Shown here piece after piece: positions 11,328 to 24,100 of a stretch of DNA of 64,000 nt. Position 1 is the first letter of the stretch; each line of letters starts with the position of its first letter. The stretch spans positions 51,026,001 through 51,090,000 of the forward strand of contig NC_043008.1 in the NCBI RefSeq assembly GCF_006345805.1, written 5' to 3'. Origin of the DNA: Octopus sinensis (Eukaryota). The position numbers and the translations under genes are program-made. The notes beneath the pieces are model-generated. The model did not search any database, was not told the origin of the DNA, and saw only the letters and a program-made list of their open reading frames with translations.

Positions 11328-12984
11328 TATATATAATACATATAGTCTCTTTCGTAAGCTTAAATATTCCTGTTACATTATGTGTCTACTTGAGGACGCT
11401 ACATGTAGTTTTAATGTATATATATCTACTGGCATAAATAGATATGTTTTTTCTGTTTAATTATCTGTAGTGCCATATTTATTTATTTATTTATTTATTT
11501 ATCTATGTAGTTATTAATTTACAAGCGGAGAAAGTTGGGAGAGGGAAGATTAGGAGTAGGAGTAGGAAGAGGAGAAGACGAAAATAAAAATTAAAAAAAA
11601 CTGATGTTTGTTTCTCCCATGAATCGTGTCCTGAAAAATTAGTGGAAATCAAAGAAAATAATTGATAGAAAGCAAATTTATCACCTGTTAAAATAAGGGG
11701 GTATGTGTGCAGGTGGGTAAGGAGTATGAATCAGAGGAAAGAAAAGAAAAAAATTAGAAAAAGCGAAAATAAGGGAACTCAACAAAGGAAGAGTAAGAGT
11801 GAGAGTGAAGAGAGAGAGAGAGAGAGGAAACTGCCTAAGAAGCGTATACTATTACATGGAGAGTTTCTGGAAGCTGAAATTTGCAAACATCATTTAATTA
11901 TCACTATTTTCATATAACGCAAGAGTATCGTACATTTTTGTGTCGATTAGGATTGCTTCTAGTAGGTATATAGTTATATAACTACAAAAATCTTGCGTAT
12001 TAAATGCATTTAAGATATCTTAAATGACCTTTTGGTTTTGTTTTCATTCTGATGGTACATGAATAATTGCTATAGCAGTTTAACCTGCCTTTGCATGGAT
12101 AATATGGTTATATCACAAGGATATAGTGGTAGAAGTTGAAAGCCTTTGGAAAAGTGTTTTGCACCATAGCATGCGAGATATATTTATACACGTGTTAAGA
12201 AGGGACAATGAGAAATAATAAGTAGAATATTGATTAAAGTCTAACAATTGATCTACCAATGGGAACCCATTTGAGCGGGCAAGCAGAGCACAATAATGCC
12301 ATCGAGAAGAAGGTCAATGAAACATTCCCTACTGATAACCCCATAAGCCTTCTAGTATCCGGTATGGGGAGCTTTCTATTACTAATACTTCTCAATGTTA
12401 GTTCCGCGTAAATAAGATAGGTACGTATATACATTCACATATTTAAATACATGTCTGCACGCAGACTTATATGTGTACTTATGTACGTACGTATGAATAG
12501 TTCTCCCATTGCGTAGTGTGTAATTGAAAATCTGTACTGTAGGTTATAACACGTTTTCATTTCGTTTTACACACTTCGTTTTAGTGACTATTTTGATATA
12601 TTTGACTTTTGACCCCCACTCTCTAATGAAAACAGGAAGTACCTATCTTAGCTTTGATGCCAAATGCTGGGGAAATATGGGAAAAAGACACAATATTTCT
12701 GTTTTGAGTGAGTGCCAAAATTAAAAAAGAAACAAAGTTAAGGTATTGATTATGTTTTCTATTCACACAAATATTGATCAGCTTCTGTCAACTCTCCCTG
12801 TTCTCACTTTTAGTAATTTCCTTTCTCTTGTTCCCTTATTTATATTCTTTTCTTTAACTTCCTCGTCTTATACAGTCTCTCATGCTCCTGCTGTGAGGCT
12901 GAACGATGGATATTGTTAGTTACAAAGTGCACCAGAAAAACAACATAAAATAAAATAAAATAACATAGTGATTTTTTAAGAAAA

Positions 12985-13060
12985 ATAGAAGAGAAATTAA
13001 AACAAGCTGGCAAAAGCGAAACAAAGAAAAATACAAGTAAAATACATAATAATAATAATA

Positions 13061-13108
<48 letters not shown>

Positions 13109-13143
13109 TAATAATAATATTGATAATAATAATATTGATAATG

Positions 13144-13174
<31 letters not shown>

Positions 13175-13197
13175 TAATAATAATATTAATAATAATA

Positions 13198-13228
<31 letters not shown>

Positions 13229-13274
13229 TAATGATAATAATAATATTGATAATAATAATGATAATAAAAATAAA

Positions 13275-13342
<68 letters not shown>

Positions 13343-13400
13343 TAATAATAAAGATAGGTATAGTTACTATAATAATAACTATAATTCCTTCTTTAATAGG
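12985..13400. repeat. (AAT)n microsatellite
   Basis: Visible directly. Confidence 0.95.
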
Positions 13401-13439
13401 CACGGTTATATAGGCCCCAGTAATCGACTGCTATGTCGA

Positions 13440-13860
13440 CTGTCCTACAGACTAACCTTTAGGAGGGAGAAACAAGAGGGCCTAATGATAGACGTGACAG
13501 TGCCAGGAGATCAACATATCATGAAAGCAAGGGAAAAGATTGATAATTATGGAGACCTCAAAATTAAGAGCGCCAAAATGTGGCAACTACGAGAGTCAAA
13601 CATAAAGTTTCTCCCAGTTGTCTTTGGAGCATTGCATCCAATTCCACCCATCTTGAAGAAACATCTGGAAATTAAATAAAAACTACAATCTAAGTGTATT
13701 ACGAAAAAGCGGCCTTACTTGGAACTGAACGCATATTGCGTAAAGTACTGTCTGTCCGAGGTCCTTGTGAATTGAGAGAAAATACAAGCCCCCGGTAGAC
13801 ACAATATCTTCAAACATCACGATATTTGCTACTGTGCGTCGTCTTAGATATTGATAATGA
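13440..13860 (+). mobile_element. 3' end of an R4/Dong-like non-LTR retrotransposon (restriction-like endonuclease domain), frameshifted, between (TAA)n tracts
   Basis: IDVTVPGDQH...EKIDNYGDLK...VVFGALH...LKKHLE, then in another frame KAALLGTERILRKVLS, matching the RLE C-terminal motifs of R4/Dong elements. Confidence 0.8.
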
Positions 13861-13886
13861 CAATAATAATAATAATAATAATAATG

Positions 13887-13937
<51 letters not shown>

Positions 13938-14219
13938 GCAGCAAAGAGTAACAATACTTATGATCGATAATGAATAATAAAATATTTCATTCTGTAGATA
14001 CAATCACCGATTATATATGGTGAAAGTAGCTATGTTATAAATAGCAAGGGGCATTCGGTACATTAATGGTACGTTTTTTATACAAATCTGGCCCTGTGCC
14101 TAGGCCTGATATCGATGCCACGATTTCAGAAATATATGGGATAGGATATGCTTTAATAAACTGTGAGGTTTCGAATTTCGTATCATCATTTTTTTTTTAG
14201 TTTAAAGATCAGGGAAATA

Positions 14220-14269
14220 GATAACAAATAATATTGACAACAACAATAACAATGATGATGCTAATGATG

Positions 14270-14307
<38 letters not shown>

Positions 14308-14345
14308 TAATAATAATGATGATGATGATGATAATAATAATAATA

Positions 14346-14395
<50 letters not shown>

Positions 14396-14406
14396 TAATA
14401 ATGATG

Positions 14407-14448
<42 letters not shown>

Positions 14449-14593
14449 TTAATAATAATAATAATAATAATAATAATGATGATAATAATAATAATATTAA
14501 TAATAATAATAATAATAATAACAATAGTAATAGTAATAATAATAATCCAATAAATAATCATCAGAAAAATAACAATTATTATATAATAATGAA

Positions 14594-14680
<87 letters not shown>
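14220..14680. repeat. (AAT)n/(GAT)n microsatellite
   Basis: Visible directly. Confidence 0.95.
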
Positions 14681-15099
14681 GCGTCAAGCAATTTTTTGAG
14701 AGTGAGAAACATTAAGAGTTGTGACAGAAATTAAATGAAATAAATGTTAATAAAAGAAAAGAAAATTAATTAAGCAAGTATTATTAGTAAAAAATTTATT
14801 CTTTTAGTATTTGAGTTTGTAGATGTAGGGAAAAGATTTTGTTTGTGATTTTTGTTTTTAATTCCGTTCATGATTTATGGAAAAAAGAAAGAAAACAGAA
14901 AAAGAAAACGGACAAGAAAATTTGGCAATGATGACATTTTGTGACGTAATGACTTTTAGAATGGGAATGGTTGATGTTTGGTGAACTTTTTATTATTATG
15001 TTTTTTTGTCGCTGTTTTTATTGATGTCGTTGTTGGTGTTTGTTTTTTTGTGCTTTAGTAATAATGAACATCATTCCATAAGAGGAAGCAGAACAGAAA

Positions 15100-15276
15100 C
15101 TACCAGCACTGATGCTGTTGCTGTTGCTACTAGCACTACTACTACTACTACCGCTGCTGCTGCTGCTGCTGCTGCTGCCGCTGCTGCTGCTTCACTAGTT
15201 TTTATTGCTGGCGCTGCATTTCGAAGAAATGCACTTTATACTGCTTTTACTAGAGCTGCTGCTGCTGCTGCAGCTG

Positions 15277-15315
<39 letters not shown>

Positions 15316-15624
15316 GACATTTTTTTTTGATTTTGCTGGCGCTGTATTTGGCGATTGGGTGGGAAATATAGACAAAACAGTTATGAAGCTGCTAATGATT
15401 GCACCGTTGCTGCTGCTGCGGATTATGTTGCTACTGCGGCTGCTGCGACCACTGCTGCCTCTACTACTTCTGCTACTAGTACTACTACTACTAACACAAC
15501 TACAATTACTAGTACAAGAGAACAAACAAACACTAGCCACAAATTTGTAACTATAAATTAACGAATTATGCAAACAGTTACTACAGTTGGGACAACAGAT
15601 GCTGTGGCTGACACAACCACCACC

Positions 15625-15661
<37 letters not shown>

Positions 15662-15680
15662 TGACTACTACTTCCTGCTG
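15100..15680. repeat. (CTA)n/(CTG)n low-complexity trinucleotide region
   Basis: Visible directly. Confidence 0.85.
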
Positions 15681-15886
15681 TAAATAATAATGAAATCAAG
15701 GATTAAAATAATAATAAAAATATTATTAATAAAGATATTCGGATTAATTTAAAATCATTTTAAAAAATGCTTTGTCACAATGCATTCATCTCGAATATGA
15801 TGAGGGTTATTTTTTGAACAAACTCATGCGTATGCGTCTGTGTGTATAAATATATGCAGCAGGTATATATAAACACACTTATACAC

Positions 15887-15925
<39 letters not shown>

Positions 15926-15927
15926 CG

Positions 15928-15974
<47 letters not shown>

Positions 15975-17876
15975 TATATACATACATATATACATGTGTG
16001 TGTATGTTGTGTGTGTATATGTGTATGTATTTGCGTGTGTTTTCCTTTGAGAATAATTGACTTTTCTGCGTTGATTTGCTAACAATTTGACGAGACATTT
16101 TGGTTTAAATCACGCTAGCACCAGCCAGCGATTGGTCAATACTGAAATGTAATTTGAAGTAGTCATATATATGGTTGTGTAATATGCTTGCGCTCATGTG
16201 TTGAGAGCACATCAACTTAGTACACATTTGTGCATTTGATTCTTCAAAAAAATCTAGTTGTGCATATATACCGTATATATACAGGTCATTGCACAAATCC
16301 CAGCAAGAAAACTAGAAATAAAAGATTCTGGGGGTGTTTTACAAATCGATCGGGTTTATTGCAGGATGGGGGTAGGCGTGCTTTTTTTATGGAGAGCACT
16401 AGTATTATATGTCCCTATATATATATATGAACTTGTGTACGTGTTTCTGGATATATATTTTGTCGAAATATAACGTTTACATCATAGTCTGATAAATTGC
16501 TACCCATTTCTTTTATGATATTATTTGATGCGATTTATTAAATTTGAATTTCAAAATACATCCTTTCCTTTTGGAGTTTGATGACGTTGTAATTCTTTTT
16601 CTTTCTGCAACAATTATAATTTATCAATTTAAAACACGACCTGAAATATTGGAATCGATTTTATCAACCCTCAACATCGGTAATATCATATACATATATC
16701 ATTTGAATTAACTGATTAATTTTGGATGAAACACTTCGGATCAATAATGGCGTATTCTCAGTAAAAAATGCGTAAATATCGCTTGAGCAATATATTACTA
16801 AGCTTCCTGTGTATCACAAATTTGATAAACTGTTCAATAACTTTATCATACTGCAATATCTCAAAACATATTTACATGTTTTTTAATGAATGAATATTTT
16901 GTAGTACTTTATCGACAAATTATATCTTTGTTAGAGACACACCTAGGAACTGTGCTTGTACACAAAAGACGGTAAAAAAGGTTTGGGGTTCTAACGTCTA
17001 CTTCTAACTTAACACAATATAGTTATGGTATGTTAATTGACACGACATATTTACATATCTTATTTGTAAATATGCCGAGTCAATAAAAAAATGTGTCTTT
17101 ATTTAAAGAATCTTAAAATGACTTCGTTTCTTATCGTAGTTAGTCGTTGATCATAAGTATTAGGCATCTCCACACCACAAAAGCTACTTACAAAAAACTA
17201 TACAACATTATAATACTGGATTACTGATATATGATAATTTCTTATTAGTGTCCTATATATATATTTTTTTGTAAACAAAGAAAATGTCACTTTGGGCGTG
17301 TTTAGGTATTTTCATATCACGAATTTACCGAACAAATAAACTATACGAGCTTGCATTATTATTACACTCAGAGTCCGTTTGGTTTCTTGCTCTGAATATA
17401 ACACTTTCCCGGCTAAATATCTGCAAATGATGAGGACAATTAACAAATTGATATTCGTTGTAACTAAATTGGTTGTTATTAACATTTATTTAACTTATAT
17501 TTGTTAGTTCTAAGTTACATAGACATATAGCTTATATATGTAATATACATACATACAGTTATTTGTATATATTATAGATATATGTTTGTATATATAAGAA
17601 CGTGTGTGTATATGTCTCAAAGATGTGCTGAAATAAGACATGAAACGATCGTAGTGGTTATTTATAATTGTTAAATTTCTAAATTTATATAAATTATTTT
17701 ATGTATTGGCTTAAGTCTTTCTTTGTTTGATTTGCATAATAGTGGTTTTGTCTCTAATTTTAATATAATATATATATATACATATATATATATATATTGG
17801 TACATAAAAAATTGTATTACTATAACAACATACATTACCAACAAATAGAAATAAAACGACAACAAAAAACATCTGC

Positions 17877-17924
<48 letters not shown>

Positions 17925-18101
17925 CGTAATTATAATAATAATAATAGTAGTAATAATAATAATAATAATAATAACTGTTTCTTGATTTTACGTGCATTTC
18001 AATATAATAAACATAAACTGAAAGCGTCGCCATTCAACAAACGCGGCAGACATTTTGAAAATCACACCGCAAGCAAACGTAACTAATATAGATGGCACGT
18101 T

Positions 18102-18157
<56 letters not shown>

Positions 18158-18175
18158 TTACTACTACTACTACTA

Positions 18176-19165
18176 CTGTTTTCTCAATTAAACGCGCTAA
18201 ATTCGTATGATTCCGTTTTATGCAAGCTGCTGCCATTGTTGCGGCTGCTGCGAACGCTACAACATACATTTAATGTTACTATACCATCCACCACCATACC
18301 ACCACTACAATTACCACAACCAACGCTTCTACTACTACTACTGCTACTACTACTACTACAACTACTGCTGCTACTGCTGCTACTGCCGCACTAACAACGA
18401 CAAAGACAACGACGACCACCACCACCACTACCAAAACTACAAATATACTGCTACTACTACCGCGACAAATACAAATAACTCTGTACCAACACCATCACTA
18501 CAACTACTGTTGCTGCTCCCACTACTACTGTTATTATTAAAACTACCTACTACCACGACGACGACGAACACTACACCCACAACTGCTGCTGCTGCTGCCC
18601 CTACCTACGATTACTGCTGCTAATGCTGTTGATACTACTACTATTACTACTACACTACTACTACATTACTACTACTACTACTACTGTTTTCTCATTAAAA
18701 ACGCGCTAAATTCGTATGATTCCGTTTTATGCAAGCTGCTGCCATTGTTGCGGCTGCTGCGAACGCTACAACATACATTTAATGTTACTATACCATCCAC
18801 CACCATACCACCACTACAATTACCACAACCAACGCTTCTACTACTACTACTACTACTACTACTACACTACTACAACTACTGCTGCTACTGCTGCTACTGC
18901 CGCACTACAACGACAAAGACAACGACGACCACCACCACCACTACCAAAACTACAAATATTACTGCTACTACTACCGCGACAAATACAAATAACATCTGTA
19001 CCAACACCATCACTACAACTACTGTTGCTACCACTACTACTATTGTTATTAAAACTAATACTACTACCACGACGACGAACACTACACCCACAACTGCTGC
19101 TGCTGCTGCCCCTACCTACGATTACTGCTGCTAATGCTGTTGATACTACTACTATTACTACTACT
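18176..19165. repeat. Tandem duplication of about 508 bp of (CTA/ACC/ACG)-rich sequence, bounded by (CTA)n
   Basis: ctgttttctca...aaacgcgctaaattcgtatgattccg begins at 18176 and again at 18684; copies are near-identical with small indels. Confidence 0.9.
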
Positions 19166-19374
19166 ACTACTACTACTACTCTACTGCTGCTGCTGCTGCT
19201 ACTACTACTACCGCTGCTTTCTTCTGAATAAGCACAAGACCAACTGTTTTGAAAGAAGTTGGCTCCTTCTCTGGAAGCAATGACAAAATTGTTTCTGGTA
19301 AATATTTTACCGATTTCATTGGAAGAAGATGAACTTTGAATTTTAAAAAATTATAAAAAAATTCTACGAAATTT

Positions 19375-19565
19375 TTGGCACAAGGCCTGCTCTTCGGGGC
19401 AGGGGTTAAGTCGATTACATCGTCTCAAGTACTCAACTGGCACTTATTTTATGAACCCCGAAAGGATGAAAAGCAAAGATGACCTCGACAGATTTGAACT
19501 CAGAGCGTAAAAGCGAACGAAAAGCCGCTAAACATTTTGTCCATCTTTCTACCAGTTCACCACCA
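19375..19565 (-). mobile_element. tRNA-derived SINE, diverged
   Basis: Reverse complement of the same core (aactggcacttattttatgaaccccgaaaggatgaaaagcaaag). Confidence 0.75.
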
Positions 19566-19643
19566 TAATTATATTAAGCCATTATGTTTTTCAGGAATTA
19601 GTTACACACACACCAATGATAATGATGATGATGATAATACTAA

Positions 19644-19677
<34 letters not shown>

Positions 19678-19706
19678 TAATAATAATAATAATAATAATA
19701 ATAAAA

Positions 19707-20251
19707 GCCCTGATGCAAGACAAGTAGTGGTTCTCATGGCTTCTGATCTTAACAGATTGGAAGGTTAACCTGGTCACTTTTTGTCTAGGTGTAAAAAATG
19801 GGCTACAGCAAATATTCTGCTCAATACCGCAGATTTACTTGTCGGTTGCTTAACCACAGCCTGTTGAACATGTGCCTTAATAGCTGACAATATTTGCATC
19901 TCTGATCACGAACAGAAGTAGTTGGGGAGCATCATAGTCATGTGTTGAGAGGAATTTTGGGAGTTTGAATAATTCACCTCTGAAAACATGGGTATTTCGT
20001 TCATCATCCTTAAATAACACTTATCCAGGGACTTTTTGATCGGGATGGGCTACCCGACTTGAACAAAATTCTAACTGGGTAGCACCAGTAAGGTCATGTG
20101 CTATTTATTTTGATATGAGATCACCGTGTCGCGCACGTATGGTTGTAATGCACGTGCCTGATGTACACTTAGACGAGATCATGGTGGATTTAATGGGCTT
20201 CGTATATTTGTACCTCAGTGTCACCTTGATGACATGTACTGCTCTCTCACT
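19707..20251. mobile_element. Interspersed repeat of about 545 bp embedded in (AAT)n; class unresolved
   Basis: GC-richer block with sharp (AAT)n boundaries on both sides. I recall it as an abundant Octopus repeat; not verified by search. Confidence 0.45.
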
Positions 20252-20280
20252 AAACAACAACAACAATAATAATGATGATG

Positions 20281-20323
<43 letters not shown>

Positions 20324-20432
20324 CCATACAATAACCATCAGAGCATCACAACAAATCACAGCACATACCCAAGGCACACAGAGCTGCGCTCGGTAGTGAA
20401 GTGAAAGCACGCTATAAAAATAAAAATACTGA

Positions 20433-20508
<76 letters not shown>

Positions 20509-21105
20509 TTAGATTTCACACATGAGCATATACATAATGGAAATGTCCTATAAGATGATTTTGGTGATGTTGAGAATTTATTGGCTCTTGAAATCTAAGC
20601 TTTTACCGCTCTGAGTCCTTACTCCAGATGGAGTGGACGGGACTTTCTGTACAATGTAGTGGTGTCCAGTTCGGTGGTTGGTATAATCTACAGGCTGGTA
20701 TAGCTTTTTGAGAGTCATATTCAAAAATATTGGTTCGAGTAATTTGACATTGTTGAGTATTAGGGTTGTGAGATCCACAGGATCTTTACGTTTGAATATA
20801 ACCAGACACCTATCCTGTTAATAAATATGTAAATATGCATGTGTGTGTGTGTGTGTGTTTGTGTGTGTATGTGTGTAAGTATGTATGTATATATGTTTGT
20901 ATTGGGATATGTAACTTAAAGTAAATATTGAAAAATGGTTTAAAAGTAACTGCTGCCTACAATACTATGTAATCCACGTATAAAAAGGATTTTTGCTTTT
21001 CTGTTTTCATTTACAATTAGCTATTTTAAAGCAAAAAAAAACGACGATAACAACAACAACAACAACAACAAAAGTAATAGTAACAACAACAACAATAACA
21101 ATAAC

Positions 21106-21163
<58 letters not shown>

Positions 21164-24100
21164 TCAGCCAATGCATCAAAGTCAAAACGAAAAGTTAACG
21201 GAATATAATTAATATAAAACAGAATTTTGTTTTATATTTAGCGTTTGTTTTTTTACTGTTTAAAATAAAATGAATTGTTATTGTGTTTAGAATATAATCA
21301 GACTAAAAATTAAACCTCGAAGCTACCCTGTGACACGAACTTTTGTTTTCAGTAATTCGAACCTTCGGAATCATAGAACTAGATACATAAGTTTATTATC
21401 TTTTGCTTAATGTGGATTTACCAACAAGAAAAAAATAAATACAAGCAAACATTGCAAGGAAATACGGAAAACCACTCACACCGACGCACAGAAAAGCAGA
21501 CATACAGATAGATATAAATCTGTTAAGATGGGTTTATTTCTCAAACTTTTTTTCTTTTTACTTAACACTTTTTAGATCTATAGCGGATCTCGCATGCACA
21601 AGCAACGTTATCGTGCTTTCACCGGTTTTATTCCAGCCAATTACAGAGGACTACTCTGTCCGCCATTTTGGCTATATAAGATTGTAATCAAGGTGACTGT
21701 TAACCTTTCCAACAGAAATAACGAACATATTAAGCAAAAGCAAATCATTCGTTGTCAACTTAACTTTTCAGCCACAAGACTTGTTAAAAAAAATAAAAAT
21801 TCGGTATTTTGCGTAAATTCATAATGTATATTACTTTAACTGCATTTCCCTCATGCACCCCATAAACATTTACCTGTTCACCTATACATGTACCCAAAAA
21901 AGTAACATTAATTGGTGAACATATGTATAAAGCGGTTTTTCTATAACACATGCATTGCAACATTGTCATTTTTATTTATTCAACAGATCAGTTTATTCAA
22001 CTGTCTTGTATAAACATACATAATATTTCTTTTTCTGCAAACACATTTAATCTAAATTTTATTCATGTTGTATACAGAAACGTGAATTATATATGCAAAC
22101 ATTGCTCCCAAAGCATATGTTATTTTACAATAACTGCATTGCTGTCCAGTTTCAAGCCCGTATTCATAACATTTGTAAGAAAACGTGCTCCTTGAATACT
22201 TCTTATTCAAGCGCCATTCAGATCGTACGAATTCTTCGTAACTGCTGTCATATATGGTAATCAGGAAATTGCGATCTGTAAATTCAATGTTATTGCCATT
22301 TCGCATTAATTATTTCCTCCATGCGTTATTATTCAAGATTTGTTCTCATACCAAATGTCATCGCCCCTCATATTCTTCAAAAATATCTCGCAATAAATTA
22401 TTAGAACAGTGGTGGTTTTCAATAAGATTTTAGAAAATAAAATTTAAGGAAATTTTACGTGATTTAATTTGAAAGTCTTTTACAGTATTACATAACCATC
22501 AACGTCTTAGTATTTAAGATTTATATTTCAAGCCATTTTAATTACACTGCTTTTGTCATTAGGGAATTCTTTTTAACAACAGCTTTTCATCGAACATTAT
22601 GACGTAAATATATTCATGGATTCTGAGGTATATACGAAATTATGATTTAATTCAATAAGCACCTAACACTAAAGATTGTTATAATAGGGAAACAAACCTG
22701 CAGAGTTTGTCTGACAGTCATATTGATTTAGCATTAACGACTGCCTTATGGACCAAATGAGGCAAGCAGAATCGGACACATTTTAACACATTACCACTGA
22801 AATTAAATGTTAATGATATTGAAAATTATAATTTATTTTAACGTGATTTCAAGGTTTAAAACACAGTGGTAGTTTGATAGGGTGTCTTCAAAAACTGTTT
22901 CTGTCAATGCTTTGTTAATAAAACCATCCATTCAAAATAACCCCTCCCTGACAATAATTATCTTAGGGGATTCTCTTGTGCTAAAGTAAACATACGGAGG
23001 TTTATATTTTTTCCACTCTTTATTTTTTTATGGATAGAGGAAACATATTTGAATCTTAATGATTCTTTGAAGAATATGATATTTTTAGTAACTTCAATAG
23101 AAGCTACAAAAATACCGAGAGCACATAGAATTTATTCTATGAAAAAAATTGATTTTAGAATATGTATTCACATTACATAAAGTGTTCATAATTGCCTTTA
23201 TGCTAACGATAAGTTAGGAGTTTCAAAACGAAATAAAGTCTCTTGCTAATTAGAAATTTCCCGAGAATCACGAAAATCATTTTTAGTTTAATATCTAATA
23301 TATAATTCTGAATTTCAGCCATTCATGACTATCGTAAATACATGGCTGGCGAAATAACAGAATTTATGTCATAAATTCAATTAAGGAAATTGGTAAATAA
23401 GAAACTAAGGACAAAGCAATTGGGATTTGGGAGATTTATGTGAATTAGAAAAGCGAAAGATTCCAAATTTACATAAATCTTAGTCAGGAATTATTTTAGC
23501 TCAGAGTTTTTTGAAAATAAAAGTTTCTTGAGGCATGATCAGAAGTCGATGGCGTATTCTGATATTAATATATTTGTTCTTAGATATATGACTTTTAGAA
23601 TTTGGAATTAACGCTGATTATCTACAAAAAAAAATTAGTGGTCGAGAAAGGAAGTTTATTAATATATAATGTGGAAGGAGCATTAAAATTATATTTTAAG
23701 AATCTCGATTTGTTTTAGATTAATGGTTTATAGAATTACAGATGTAATTTCGTTGCGTATAATGACAAACAATTTACAAGAAAACAAATAAAAGTAGTAT
23801 TGTACAGCTCTATACCCAGGATGACATTTATATAATTAAAATATAATATAAACATGACAGCTTGATTTTGCCAGTAAAGGCTCAATATCGTCTGATGAAA
23901 TAACATGGTTACGTAATAATGTAAAGTTACGCAATATTATGCAACATGTATCATTCTACGCTATGGAATCCCGTTTGCCAAAATTTGAGCTGTCAATTCT
24001 TGTTCCTTTACTATAACTAAAATATGTATATATTTTTTTACTACTTGATGATAACCTTAATACACATTAAACAGAAACATATCATACCATATAATAACAT

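Noticed and set aside
18207-19231. Thr-rich mucin-like ORFs
   Set aside because: Trinucleotide low-complexity sequence; the reading frame is not preserved between the two copies.
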